Source: Bilabrum cf. latius (taxonomy: Eukaryota). From it: a DNA stretch of 64,000 bases. The position numbers were made by a program, and so were the translations under genes. The stretch covers positions 372,001-436,000 of the forward strand of contig OZ237755.1 in the NCBI GenBank assembly GCA_965178125.1, given 5' to 3'. The notes below the pieces were generated by a model. That model made no database searches and was not told the origin of the DNA. It saw only the letters and a program-made list of their open reading frames with translations. Positions 36,771 to 49,800 of the stretch are shown piece by piece. Position 1 is the stretch's first letter, and each line of letters opens with the position of its first letter.

Positions 36771-39700
36771 ATGTCATCCGGAAACGCTGAGACAAGAAGG
36801 GAGCTGTACGCAACGTGCAAGGAGGGATCGGAGCTGGGCGCCGTGCGCGACTTTGTGTCAGGAATTCGGCTTTCCAAGTGGAAGGATATACTGGAAGGTG
36901 TTTCTAAACCAAAACTAGGACAGTTGTTCGGAATTCTGCACGGGCACGTTTCTGCTGTCGCAGAGCAGGATGAGTTTGAGGACGCAAACGCAAACTACAC
37001 GGAATCTGGAGAGACCGACAGCGAGGACCTGCTCAAGAACCTTATGTTCTTCCGAAGCACCGCAGAATTTGCCCTGGCTCACCTTATTTCTTGCTCCTCC
37101 GCGCGGTAGATCGCCCTAAACGCGTTGGACACGCTGCAGGTCCTTCACGACACCATCTTCACGCTCGGTGGGCCGGAAGGCGAGGCCGCTCGGCAGGCCA
37201 TCCTGCGAGCCTGCGTGCAGGCGTGGGAAATCGGTGATGGGATCGCAAACACACTCATGGTGCAGTGCCTCCCCGCCCTCCTTCTCATCGCTGTGAGCCC
37301 AGACGCCACCGCCGCGGACTTCAAGCGCCTCTGGCAGGTGCGCGCCTCCCTGGGCCTCTTCGACCTCGAGGACGAGTCCTCCCAGTCGCTTAGGCAGCTG
37401 TGTCTGCAGGCGTTCCTCTCGCCCAAATTCCTCGCGACGAAGGAGCGCCGAAGGTTCCTCGAACACGCCCTGGGGGAAGACCCCGGGCTCTGCGAGGACG
37501 CATTCGAGGCCGTGCTGGGGGCCCTACCGGGGGCGAGGGCGGCCACGCTGGATGCGTACGGAGACATGGTGTTCAGGGCGTGGGTGCGCGTGCATGCCGT
37601 GGCACAGACGGGCGATGCGGGTGCGAGGGCGGCGCGGGACTGCATCGAGCAGTTCTGGATCGAGGGGCTGGCACACAGGGCCGCAACGGCTGCGAGGCCG
37701 GCCACGTTCTCGGCAGCTCGGAGGGTCCTGCGGGCGTGCCTCGTGGGGAACAAGCAGCACGCAGGGGCGGATGGCGCCCTCTGGAGGTGCTACGAGCCCG
37801 CGCTGTGGGCCTGCCTCCGGGCCACCAACGGGCAGGCCCGTCTCCAGGCCCTGCTTCTTCTCCTCGACGCCTTTCCCATGGGCGATGCCTCCGAGGGCAG
37901 GGCCTCTCACGATGCGTGCATGAAGACCCAGTTCAAGGCCGTGACGAGTGCTCTCAGGGACGACAGCCCGGCGGTGCGGGCCGCCGCGGTGGAGGGTGCA
38001 TGCGGCATCCTGGGCAAGTTCTGGGAGCTTGTGCCGGCCCACACGGCCAAGAAGCTGCTGGCCCGGCTGATGGGGGAGTGCGCCAGGGATGCAGCCTCCA
38101 CTGCAGTGAGGGCGGCGGTGGTGAAGGGCCTCGGCTTCGTACTAGACAACGTGCTCAGCCACGAGGTGCTCAAACAGGTGCTTCCGTCCATCGCAGCCCT
38201 GCTGCACGACCGCTCCGACAAGGTCCGAGCAGAGGTGGCAAAGCTGCTGCGGGCCGTCCAGGGCCTCAGGACCATGTCCTTCGCCGACATCGTGGACCCC
38301 GAGCAGGTGCTCGCTCGCCTCGCGCTGGACGCCGCCGTCCCCGAAGTCGCGGCGGAGCTGTCGGGCATCTTGATTCCGAGTCTGTTCCCCGAGGACGCGA
38401 GCGTGTCTGAGCTGCTCTCGCGCACGGTCAAGTGCATGAAGACGCACCCAGCCGCGGGGCTCGCGTTCTACGCCAACCTGCACCACCACGTGGCGCCCAC
38501 GAGGGTCTGCCGGCTGGTGCTGGTCGTGCACAAGGCCATCAAGAAGGCCTGTGCGGGTGCTGCGCCCGCACCGGCGCGCCGGGCCAGCGGCGGAGCGGCT
38601 CTTGGGTCGCTGGCAGCCGCCCCTCGTGCCGGGCAGAAGCGAGGGCGCGACGACGACGACGACGGGGAGGACATGGAAGAACAGGCAGAGGAAGAGCCTC
38701 GCAGGCGCGGCAAGCTCCGCGCGGACAACACCATCCTTATGGCTTCTTTGCTCCGCGTGGCGCACGTGGCCTGGGCCTCTGTGGCGGACGAGATGCTCCC
38801 GCGCGCTGGGCAGGGCGACTCGATGGCCAAGGCCCGGAGGAGGATGCTGGAGGCCTGGGGAGGGCCATTCCTCGGGGCCTGCGCCGGGGCCATGCTGGGG
38901 CTGGGGAACAGCGAGGAGGAGGAGGAGGCACGCGCGCCGTGGGACTCCTCCCGGTGCGCCGTGCTCGCGTCGCTGCTAGGGATTGCAGGCCTGATGCCCG
39001 AGCCAAAGGCGGGCGCAGGACCTGCGAGCGGAGCGGGTGCCGGCAAGAAGGGGCGCCCGGGGAAGCGCAAGGGTAGGCGCGGGGGCAAGAAGAGCAAGAC
39101 TGCCGAGGGAGAGGACGAAGACGAGGCGGGACCGGCTGCCGCTGCCGGCGTCACCGCCCAGGAGGCGATGACCGGGCTGGTTTGGCCCGCGTTCGAGGCC
39201 GCGGCTCGCATCGTCGGAGAGACCGAGGGCATGTTTCAGACCGTGGAGGCGAACGGACCCGCCGCCACGCTGGTCGGAGCAGCCGTCGAGCTTGCAGTGG
39301 CCAGGGACCAGACGGAGGAAGTGGCCGCTGCAGCAGTGAGCGGCATGGCTGCGGGCACCGGGGCCGCATCGGGCGCCGGTGCCGGCGCGGCAACTGGCGC
39401 GGGTGCCGTTCGCATGCCCCCTGCAGTGGCCGTGCTGTGCATCGAGCGCCTGATCGGCAGTGCAGCCGACCCCAAGCAGCTTCGGGAGACCATCCTGCCC
39501 GCCCTGGACCCCGCCCTCTCGTCCCTCCGGACACACGCAGAGGCCGCCGCATCCAGGCGACAGGGGGCTTCGTGGGCCAGCGCGCGGGCGCTGTGCAGCG
39601 CGGGGATGGGCCCCGCCGTGGCTGCTGCAGCCATCCGCGCTCTGTGCAGGGCCGCAGCAGTGGACGCCCTTGGTCCCCAAGCGGATGCCACTAGTTCCGA

Positions 39701-41282
39701 TGCACCCCCCTCCTCTTCTTCCTCGTCCTCGTCCTCGTCGGCTGCTGCTGCAGGCACAGCTGACGCCGCCAAGGGCTCCATGGAGCAGAAGCGACCGGGC
39801 AGCACCTCGTGGCTGAGGCACGCGGTGGATGCTGTGCTGGGCGGGTGCCTGCCCCTGCTCGCAGGCATGACTGCGAGGACCAAGGAGACCGGCTTTATCG
39901 CGGCAGCGGACGAGGCTGCCGTGGCGCGGGCGGTCTACGACTCTGCCGCGGTGCTGGTCTCTGCGCTCTCCGACTGCGCCGGGCTGGGAGCGTGTGTCGA
40001 GGACGCGGCTCTGGCGGTGCGGGTGCTGGACTGCCCCGACGTTCTGGATCTGGTGGCCAGCGTCCCGCCGCAGCCGGTGGAGGAGCTTCGAGAGGGGGTG
40101 GATGCGGGCAAGCTGCGGTGCGCCTTTGCGGGCGATGCTGGCATCGATGAGGACGAGGACGAAGAGGAATAGGAGGAAAACACGGGCGCCGGGGCTCTTG
40201 CCTCCCTCGGGAAGAACAAGGCGGGCAGGAAGATCCGAGCAGGAAGGCGCGGAAGCGGGAAGCCCAAGGCCCGCACGCGTGCCCAGGTGACGAGCGCGCA
40301 CCGCCCCCACCTCGCCGCCTTCGCACAGAGGCTGTGCTACAGGCTGGCCGTGGCCGCTCTCGCGCCCCCCAAGACCAACCCGGCCTTCCGCTAGGCTTCC
40401 TCTTCGAGCGCCAAGGCGGCTGCCTCTCTTGCCGCCGCGCTGGTTGTGTGCCCTGGGGCTGGGTGCATCGCACCCACCGGCACCACCGCCGCAGTCGCCT
40501 TTGCCTTGGGCACACCGGACAGCGCCGCGGCCCGGGCCCGGTCGGGTTGGCACTCCACTGTCGCCCTGCACGCCAGGAAGGGGGCCTTGGGCGCGCTGGC
40601 CAAGGAGGCAGTCGTGCGGCTGCTCGAGCAGGTGGAAGCTAGCGGCGTCGGGGAACCTGTTGTGGTTCCGCAGGCGGCCGCGGAGGGCGATTCGGATGGG
40701 GGTCGAGTGGTGGCAGGGGAGCCCGGGGCCACCGGCACGATGGGACTGGCACCGGCGGGGCGCGTGCTCCTGGGCGCCTTCCTGGGTGGGGCAGGGGATG
40801 ACGAAAGCAGAGGGGTGGCGATCGCCCAGGCTGTGGGGGAGGCGGCCGCGACTCGAGGGGTGGCGCTTGGCAAGGGCGCGGGCGAGGCGGCGCCTGCCAG
40901 TGGTGCAGGCTCTGCATCCAGCTCAAGCGCACCCGCGGCCGCATCTGATGGAGCTGTACCTGCTGTTGCTGCTTCAACCACTAGCCCGGAAGTGCAGCAG
41001 GCGTGCATGGCACTGCTGCGCGCTGTGGGAGCCGATGCACCAACGGCGGGCGTGTCGGCTGCCCTGGCAACTGCTTCAGGAAGCCAGGCAATGCAAAGTG
41101 CTGAGCTACCAGAAGAAGAGGGAAAAGACAGCAAGGGTGATGGTGGATTCGACGATGCCGTGAGAGGCGGGCTCAGGGCTGCGGCGGGCTCGGGCTAGAC
41201 TGCTCCCATGGCCGCGAGCAAAATTGCCACCGAGCAGGTGGCCATGGCCCGCGACGGTGCGGTTCCATCTGCTGGTATTTGA
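36771..41282 (+). CDS. NCAPG2: Condensin II non-SMC HEAT subunit CAP-G2 (~1503 aa)
   Basis: YEPALWACLRATNGQARLQALLLLLDAFP, QFKAVTSALRDDSPAVRAAAVEG..ILGKFWELVP, RDAASTAVRAAVVKGL..VLDNVLSH and LLHDRSDKVR. TAG at 37107, 40170, 40391 and 41196; TGA at 41280. Confidence 0.88.
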
Positions 41283-41447
41283 TTGCACGATGTTAACCCT
41301 TGAGTAGAAGCATGGCTTTTCACTTAGATGATGGAAGGCTTTCTCGCTCGAATGCGGTTCCGCTCGTCGACTGTGCGCAGCGCCCAAGGCAACTGCTCAA
41401 GCAGGTTCGAACATCACAGTTCCGCTGCCCAAACCCGTAGTAGCGTC

Positions 41448-43470
41448 ATGAGGCTTACAGTAATGAAAGATGACTTTACGTTTCCCGTCGAGATCGGGGA
41501 GGCGGACACAGTGAGTGGGTTTTTATATGAAATAGCACGCCCACCAAGAGCTGGCGACGTGGACTTCGACTGGCTGGAAAGGTTCACACCAACAAGTATG
41601 CACCGCGCCCTAAATGCACCACCGACATGTTAAGTGCGCTTAAACCATTAATTCGGCGTCCTGGACTAGATGTACGCATGGGAGCGTTGTTGGGGGCATC
41701 GTTGGCGCACCGGATTCGCAAGTCACGCAGGACAAAGCCTCTCCTCGCTTGATGAAGGCTTGTGGTGTGTTTCTCGCGAAATATAGCATTTGGCTCTAAC
41801 CCTGATCCTTCGAGTGGGGCCGTAGAACCTTCTGTCCCGCAGCTGTGGCCGCATTGCCGACTGCTGGATCGACGGAGCATTTGTAATGCTCCTATTTGCG
41901 CGTAGTACCCGACCCCATCTCGCAGGTCGACAATTTCCGAGCCATAGTTTCTGCTGAGCTCGGAATCCATCGGGATGCGATCACTCTTTGGTGCGACGGA
42001 CAGGAGCTCACAGATGGCAACAGGTTGAGCGACACTTCTGCCAAATCAGATTCCCTGGTCTACGTAAGGCGCCCTGACGCGGGCGGAAATGGCCAAGCCC
42101 CTATGTCTTCTGGTGGTAGCTCTGGCGCCGCATTCGGAGGAGCTGGCTCCTTTATGGAGCAAGTGCCTGGATTCTAGCCCGGCGAGGCGTCACGGCGAGC
42201 TGCTCTAGGCCAGTTCCAGGGCCTTAAATGGTCAGATATCACCAATGAGATCGACCCAGCTATACTGTTCAATGTCTTAAAGCAGAATCCTGCCATGGTG
42301 GAGGCTGCCCGCAGCAACCCCGAGCTGTACGAGGCGTGCACCAGCCCCACCGTCTTGAAGCTGCGCCGCTACCTGATCAAGCTCGCGCTGGAGCGATCCA
42401 AGAAGGAGATCGAGGCCGCTGCCGCGCGAGATCGGCTTAGGCGCAACCCCCACGACAAGGATGCTCAGGCAATCCTGGATGAGCAGCAGCGAGAGAGCGA
42501 CGTGAAGAAGAACTGGGAGCTGGCCATGGAGCACTCCCCCGAGTCTTTCGCGCGGGTCGTGATGCTGTACATCCCAGTAGAAGTAAACGGACACAAGATG
42601 AACGCGTTCGTGGATTCAGGCGCGCAGCAGACGATCATGGGGAAGAAGTACGCTGAAGAGTGCGGCCTGATCCGGCTCATGGACACTAGGTATGCGGGGC
42701 AGGCCGTGGGTGTCGGCAGCGCGCCCATACTGGGGAGGGTGCACCTCGCACCAATGAAGGTGGGGAACACATTTTTTAACTGCACCTTTACTATCATTGA
42801 CCAGGACAGCATGGATCTTCTCTTCGGGCTCGACATGCTGAGGCGGCACCAGGCCTGCATTGATCTAGAGAAGGGCGTGCTTCGCCTCATGGGCGCCAAC
42901 GGGAAGGAGGAGGTGCGGTTCTTGTCAGAGGGAGAGATAAAGAAAGGATCTTTTGGCACGGATGGATTCGCGGACGGAACGAAAGACACAGAGGCGGAAG
43001 CGGGGGGTGACTCGAGCAAGGCTGCTGCTGCGTCCGGCGGTGCTGGTGCAGGTGCCGCAGGAAGTACGCCCATGGATGACGATGGGGATGACGATGGAGG
43101 TGGTGCTGCTTCAGGAGTTGGGTAGGCGGGAGCGGGAGCGGGAAGCGGGTAGCCGGCGCTGGGAGGAGCCACGGCGGAGGAGACAGCGGCAGCTGATGCC
43201 GCCGTGGACGGCTTGCTTGCGGACCTCGGGCTCGGGGACGACAACGGCCCAGACTCGAGCAAAGAGAGCGGACCAAGTGCAGGTGCGACCACAGCATCGT
43301 CTAGCAGTGCTGCAGCGACCGCGCCTCAAAGCGCAGAGAGTGGAGCGGAGTGGGAGTCGAAGCTTGCGCGGATTTCCGGGATGGGTTTTCCCCGCACGGT
43401 TGCCGAGGGCGCTCTGCGAGCAGCAAGTGGTGATGCTGGCCTTGCTGTGCAACTTTTGCTAGGCCAATAA
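41448..43470 (+). CDS. DDI1: DNA-damage inducible protein 1 (UBL - helical - retroviral-like aspartyl protease - UBA); exons 41448-41510, 41926-43470
   Basis: N-terminal UBL. AMEHSPESFARVVMLYI, AFVDSGAQQTIM, GQAVGVG..ILGRVH, DLLFGLDMLRRHQACIDL. C-terminal UBA GMGFPR..ALRAASGDAGLAVQLLL followed by TAA. Phase-0 intron at 41511-41925. TAG at 42175, 43123 and 43150. Confidence 0.95.
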
Positions 43471-43636
43471 CAAAAAATGTACTGATTTGGCAGAATATCC
43501 CAACACAGCTGGTCTTGATAGCTATCTAGACTAGACCAGCCATGCGCGAGCCGCAGTGTTTTGTGAGTGTCACTCAATCGCACTCCATGTCATTTTATAG
43601 TCAAATTAAATATTCAAAATCATGACTTGCCGACAT

Positions 43637-43718
43637 GACAGCATGCCAGAGTGGTTATTGGGATTGACTAGAAATCAATTGTGCTTTGCACGCGCAGGTT
43701 CGAATCCTGCTGCTGTCG
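43637..43718 (+). tRNA. tRNA-Ser (anticodon AGA)
   Basis: Acceptor GACAGCA/TGCTGTC plus discriminator G. Anticodon arm ATTGA-CT AGA AA-TCAAT. Long variable arm GTGC-TTT-GCAC. T arm GCAGG-TTCGAAT-CCTGC. TTTT just downstream. Confidence 0.93.
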
Positions 43719-43854
43719 TCTCCCTTTTGGTCCGGCCTCGATATTTTCCAATTAACAATCTTTTGGTTTGCATACAACGACTCCAATTTTAGAGCTCAGG
43801 CAAACTACATATAAAGTATTGTAAGCAACCACGTATCAATCCTAGCCGGTTTGC

Positions 43855-46800
43855 TCATTTCCACTCCTGGGTGGGTTCCTCGCTGTAGTCCCTGCCCGGG
43901 TCCAGGTCCAGCAGTGCCTGCATGACTCTTCTGGCATTGCCAGCGCCATCATCGCCTTCGTCATCACTGCCCAGATCGCTACCACTATCGCTGCTGTCTC
44001 CGCGATCGCGACTCCGGGGGTCCTCCCGGCGCGCGTACCGGCTCTCTGCCTCCCCTCCCTGCCCTGACCCGGCCCTCGGCGCCGCCCCGCTCCCGCTCCC
44101 CGTGGAGCCCCTCGACAGGTTCAAGAGAGGAGACACGGATGGCGTGCCGCCTGGCGTGCCTGGCTGCCCAGCAGGCAGCTGCTCCTGTTTGGTGTCCTCA
44201 AGAGAGTTGCCCTGGGCACCTGCTCCGTGCTCGCCCTGGGCACCTGCACCGTGCTCGCCCTGGGCACCTGCACCGTGCTCGCCCTGGGCACCTGCTCCGT
44301 GCTCGCCTTCTTCCCTGGACCCTTGCATGTCGTGCAGCACCCCCCTCGCCACCAAGGCACGGGCGGGGCCCCTCCTACTGTGAGAGACCTGCTCACGATC
44401 ACGAGAGGAACCAGTGCCCTGGTGTGCGCCCTCGTGCACTGCACCCTGCGATGCGGCAGGCTCAGCTGCGGTGCTCTGCGAGGGCGGACTCCAGCCGCCG
44501 CCGGCCTCGTCTGCCAGCCCTGCCACCGAGGCCACAGTGCCGCCAAGCTCGGCACCATTTCCACTCGTCACACCGCTCCCACTCGTCACGTTGCCTCGTC
44601 GCTCCGGGGTGCGCTCCAGAGGAGCCCCTGCCAGACGAGACAGCTCGTCTTCGCTGCCAGTGCTCCTGCCCAGCGAGGCAGAATCGCCGGCACCTGCGCG
44701 GGTGTGAGGGGTGTGTCCACTGCCATTCGTCCCCGCAGCGGCCGGCATGGCAGCGGGCGGGCTCGATGCAGCAGACACCGCGGTAGGGACTGCCTAGGCA
44801 TCCCTCATCTCGGCTGTCCCGGTCTCTGCCCCAGTACTCGCTTTGGCGCCTGCTGCCATTTGGAGCACCGCTAGCACATCCGAGGCCTGGGGAACAGGCT
44901 GGGGAACAGGCTGGGGAACAGGCTGGGGAACAGGCTGGGGAGCAGGTTTCTGCGTCGAGTAGCGCTTGGACGCAGGCACGCCAGGAGCCCCCGCACCAGA
45001 GCTGGGTTCCCCTTCGGTAGCTCCGGGCCGCAAGCCAGAGACTGATCCCGAGGCCGAGCCAGCTCTGGGCTGCGGAGTGGGCACCGGCATGGGCATGGGC
45101 ATGGGCACTCGTTTGGATGCCCTGGGCACCTCCTCCAGAGGCCTCGGAGGCACTCTGCCTGCTTCCGAGACTGCATGTGGCAATTGCCCCTCGGCTGCGT
45201 CTGTGGGGTTTGCCCTGGGCAAAAGTTCCTCCTCTGCGAGCACGTCTTGGTGCTTGGGCTCGCTCGCTTCTCCGGCGGAGGAAGAGGAGGAGCTATCCGT
45301 TGCGTTGGCTTGGCGGGACGAGCTGCCAAATCCGTCATGCTTGGGGCTGCGGTAGAGCTCGCCGGGTCGTCTTGCCAACCCCCTGGCCTGGCCGCGCCTG
45401 CTAGTTGGAGATAGCGTGTCGTCTACCAGCGCCTGCACCACCTGACTAGGCTTGGTCCGGTCGTGAGAGCCCTCCATTTGCGACGCCGTCGGGGTTGATG
45501 CGTGTGTGCGGGGCCGAGCGGGTGTGGATGAATCTGGGGCCGGGCCTGCGTTCGCTTCTCCCTCATCCCACCACGTATGCCCACCTGCGCTTGCGTAGCT
45601 GCTGCCAAGAACGCTTGCATCGGCGGGGAGCGGTCTATCGCCCTGCATTTCGCCAGGCAGCGGCGGGGCCACCGTACCATCCCCGCCCTCGAGACTGTAG
45701 CCGCTGAAGTCGGAACGTGGGCTAGATGTGCCATCCGCTGTCCCCTGAGACTTCTACGGTGCATACTTGTGCTCTTGGGGAGCTGGGACGCTGCTTACAC
45801 CCACAGCTTGTCTGATCTGTTCAGCTGACGCGTACTTCTCGGGACCCATGTCAGTGGTCACGATGCTGGAAGCAGCCTTGCCACTGCCCTCGGGGCGATC
45901 AGTGCCCGTGGGCTGGGTCACCTTGCGCTGAGCGGCCTCGGCCTCGTCTTTTCCTTGACTCAGAGCCACCACGCCCTGCACTCGCAGCACGAGCCGCTTC
46001 ATGGAGGCTGACAGCCGGGCGGAATACGGCGACAGCTTGATGCACCCTTGCAGGAAAGAAACGACGCCGGCCAGTTTAGCCCTGCGCTTCCTGCGGGCCT
46101 TAATGCTGGTCGATAGAGCTTCGCTTGTGGAACCTGAGAGGATTGCACCTGCGCGACCATCACCGGTGGCGGCAGCGATTGCTTGCTGTAGCTCCTGCCT
46201 GGTTGCATGTAGCATTTCTACCTAGGCCTCGTCGTTATCCTCCCTATCCAGATCAGCCGCCCACCGCTGCCTCACTACCCACCGCAGGCGGGCGAGTTCC
46301 ATCGTCCCGGCCGCTTCGCTGGACTTGGCATCGAGCCTCGATTGAAGCTCTGCAGCTCGCTCGCTGAGCTTGCGAGTGGCTTCAGTCACGTTTTCTCTTC
46401 TAGCCCTCATCTCTGCCTGAGCCTCTAGCCTCAGGTGCCGCACAAGCTGGGCAGGGGCACGAGGTACCGAGTGCGGGCCGGCAGCAGTCCGTTCGGGTTG
46501 CTCCTCTGAGGCCTCGTCCTCATTCTGCGCGCCGATGCTTCCCAGCACGAGCCCGACCGACTCGTCGTCCTCGGGCGCCAGGGTTCCCAGTATCCTGGCA
46601 GCTGCCTCGCTGTGCAGCCGCTTCCCATCGCTCCCGGTGGAGCGGCCTCCTGTGGAGCCCGGACTGCCGATGGATGCGCGCGACAGCAGCTGGCGCCATT
46701 TCTACGACGCAGCCTGGTCCGCGACAGCCACCTTCCTCTCCCTGAAATCGTCCCTCATCGCCTACAGCTTTCGGCGGAACTCGAGGGTCTACCTCCTTCG

Positions 46801-49800
46801 CTCCTCAGCCTCCGCGTCCTGGATGGCTCTATGCAGCTTCAGCTCGCGTGCGGGTGACTTGGGCGCCGGTCGGTCGGGTCCTCTCTTCCTTGCACTCGCT
46901 GCGGCCTCCTCTGTGATCCTCTCGGCGATCCTCTTTGCCGCCTGGTTTGAGGAGGGGGCGCCGGGGGACGGCAAGGGGGCAGAGGCGTGGTCCAGTTGAA
47001 GCGCCTTCCGGAGCTTGGCGGCCGCGTCAATCACCATGGCCACCAGTACCTCGACGTCTTCATCAGTGGCCTCGCCTCTACGTGCAGACCCGCTGCTGCT
47101 GACCGACCTGGCGCCCGGCGACCGCGCTGCAGCAGAGGGCGCGCCTTGTCCTGCGGAACGGCCAGCTGCCGGCGACGGCAGCCCACGCCTCTGTCGCTGC
47201 ATGCTCAGCAACGCAGCCTGCGTCTCGATCTTGTCCTGGGCGTGCCACTCCTTGCCTGCAGGACTTGTCGGGTCGCTGCCATCGCTGCCCGTCCCTACCC
47301 AGTCTAGCGCAGATAGCACTGCCGCCTTTGGCGCATGCCCAGCTTCTGCAGGCCCCAGGATGGACGACGTATCTGTCCGGTCCGAGAAGATCGAAGACAC
47401 GCTCCCTGCGTCACTCCCTCGGCGCCCGACCCTACCAGCACGTGGAGAAGTCATAGGACCATCGGCCTCCTAGGATGGTCCGACCGCGAGCTGAAAGCCG
47501 TCGCCGTATCCCCCGTACAAACCCTCTTCGTCGTCTGATTCCTCCTTGGCCGCCACGTTGCCGCCAGCATCATACTGAACGTTGCCTCCAGCGCGTGAGA
47601 TGGCCTCATCTCGCCACGCCCTTCCCGACTGACCCCCCGAAGTAGCCTGCTGCGACCACACCCACTGACCCAATGCACTCTCCAGAGACAAGGCCATGGC
47701 AGAGCGCAGACGCGCCTGGTGCAGCGCTTTGGGTGTCTGGTCACCTGACCGAGCGGCATCTGCGTCCGAAGAATCTGCAACGCGCGTGGCGGCGGCGCGC
47801 AGCCGAGCCAGCCTGCGCACCAGCCGTCTGCCCGCCCGTGCGATCCGCAACCAGCGGACGGCGAGTGAACGACGGCTGTTCTTCAGATCTGGCAACTCTT
47901 CCAGCCTCAGCTAGTCCAGCTAAGCCTGGAATCGCATTCGAAGCTGCCCAAAGGAAATGTGCCTGCGGCTCAACAGCATGCCAAAGGCCTGCGTGACGGC
48001 TTCCATCTGCTCTTGAGTCTTGAGCAGGGCAGGGGCCGAAGAACTCGCTGCATCCCTTCCCGCCTCGGCCGAATGCACCAGTCGCACGCAGATCTCAGAA
48101 CTAGACGCCGGGGTACCATCAGCAAGCCTGAATGGAATGTTGCCGTCATCTTCGATGACCCCAGCGTGTGCCTCTACCACTGCTGACTCGTTCTCGATCG
48201 CTAGCCTGGCTTGCCAGGCCTAGCGCTGGTCTCCGCGAACGGAAGAGACCCACAGTGCCAGCGCGTTTCGCCACAGCTGCAGCTCATGGGGACTCATAAG
48301 GCTCGCAGCATGCAGCAGCGCCCAGCCCGACCTAGCCCCGTGGGCCCGAATCGGCCCAAACCATTCTGAAAAACCCAGGCTTCTGATGGCCCAACCGTCA
48401 ACTCGCGCGGTGGCTCCCGCCAGTGGCACTTGATCCGCAGCCGGGGAGCGTGTGGCCGCCATCTCTACGTCCATCTGCTGTGCAGAAGATAGAGGTCTCG
48501 AGTTCGTGGATCCAGTGGTGCTGTTGCCACCCGCAGCGACATGCCTCAAAGAAACGGTAAGCCGCTACACATTGGTCGAAGCACCCTTTGCTTCCAAATC
48601 CTTGATTAGCCATGCAGCCTGCTGCCTTGCGGCTTCTTCGTCCTCATGTTTCCAGCCCTCGCCCGGTTGCTCCGCCTTGCCCTGCTTTGTCTCATCCAGC
48701 ACACGAGTCATCTCGTCTATGTTGGGCTCCTCGGCAGCTTGCTTGCTTCTATGCTCTCCATCCTGCTGGTCGCCGTCTGACTCCAAGCTGTCCTCTGAAA
48801 TGGCATCAAGGATCGTTGGCGCCTCCTGCTGCCCGCCTGCCCGGTGGCCGGCGCGTTCTGCGGCATCCGCGGACGCAGTAATCGAAGTCTGCATGGCTTC
48901 ATCTTCACAATCCCGTGCTTTGCTTTCCGAGCTCTCCAAGCTGTTGGTGCCGGCGTCCCTCCTTTCGCCCTGAATGCCCGACCCATGCAACCTGGTGCCT
49001 CTAGCCTCGGGGCTGCTCTGCCCGCGAATGATGTCAGCCACGCCAGGCCCACGGTCCCTCCTGGATCTCAGAGAATGCTACTTACTCGAGGGCTTCACAA
49101 ACGTGACGCCGAGCTCCCGACCGCGAGTTACCAGCATGGACTGTCGCCTAGGGCTACTGGACGATTGGGGTCGGGTGGACAGTCGCCTGGATCCTGTGAC
49201 ATCTGTGTCGTCCACGGATCCCTACCACTACCCCGTTGGCCTCACGTGCTGCACCGGGGCCCCTAGCATGCGCCAAATCTTGGCTCGCCTTTGAAGCCTG
49301 GCTTCCTCCTCGGCTTTCTCGTCCTCTGACGCCTCAGGGTCCAAGCCCTCCCCCAGTCCCTCGAGCAGAGCTTGGGCCGTATTGGCATCGGAATCTCTTG
49401 GAAGCACGCCTGCCTTGGTTCTCACTGCTCGCGCCTTCCCGGCTGCTGCCACCGATCGAGGGTTTGGCTGCTCCTTTCGTCCCAAGAAGATGCCTCCGAG
49501 CTCGTCGTCCTCTGCAAGCAGTGCTTCGAGCCTCTGCGACGCTCGCTTTGCCGCCACGCCTTCCGAGTCCACACTTGGCGATTCACCAGCGGCCTCGTCC
49601 GCCGAAAACCTCCTGGGGGATGCGGAGTGCAGCACGACGTCGAAGTCGACCGGTCCCGAGGTGCCCCTCGGTGATGCCCTCATGCCGCCTTGGCCCCTGC
49701 TGCGAGGCGAGCCTGCAGTCCTGCTGGATGGCTGAGAGCTGGGAGAACTCGAGGGGCCGTGCAACGTCCCACCACCGGCCACTTGCCTCGCCCGATTTAC

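Noticed and set aside
37145-41163. Long antisense and alternate-frame ORFs (e.g. 38976-40571 minus, 37400-38410 plus)
   Set aside because: These are shadow ORFs of GC-rich coding sequence overlapping NCAPG2, with no recognisable motifs. The same applies to most other overlapping ORFs in the track.
43664-43680. tRNA anticodon loop contains CTA, suggesting an amber suppressor
   Set aside because: The 7-nt loop is CT-AGA-AA, so the anticodon is AGA. The long variable arm and G discriminator indicate tRNA-Ser. No tRNA(CUA) was seen in this window.
44209-44946. Tandem repeats as a CRISPR array or mobile element
   Set aside because: There are no spacers, the unit lengths are multiples of 3 inside a coding frame, the context is eukaryotic, and no transposase, integrase or cas genes were seen.
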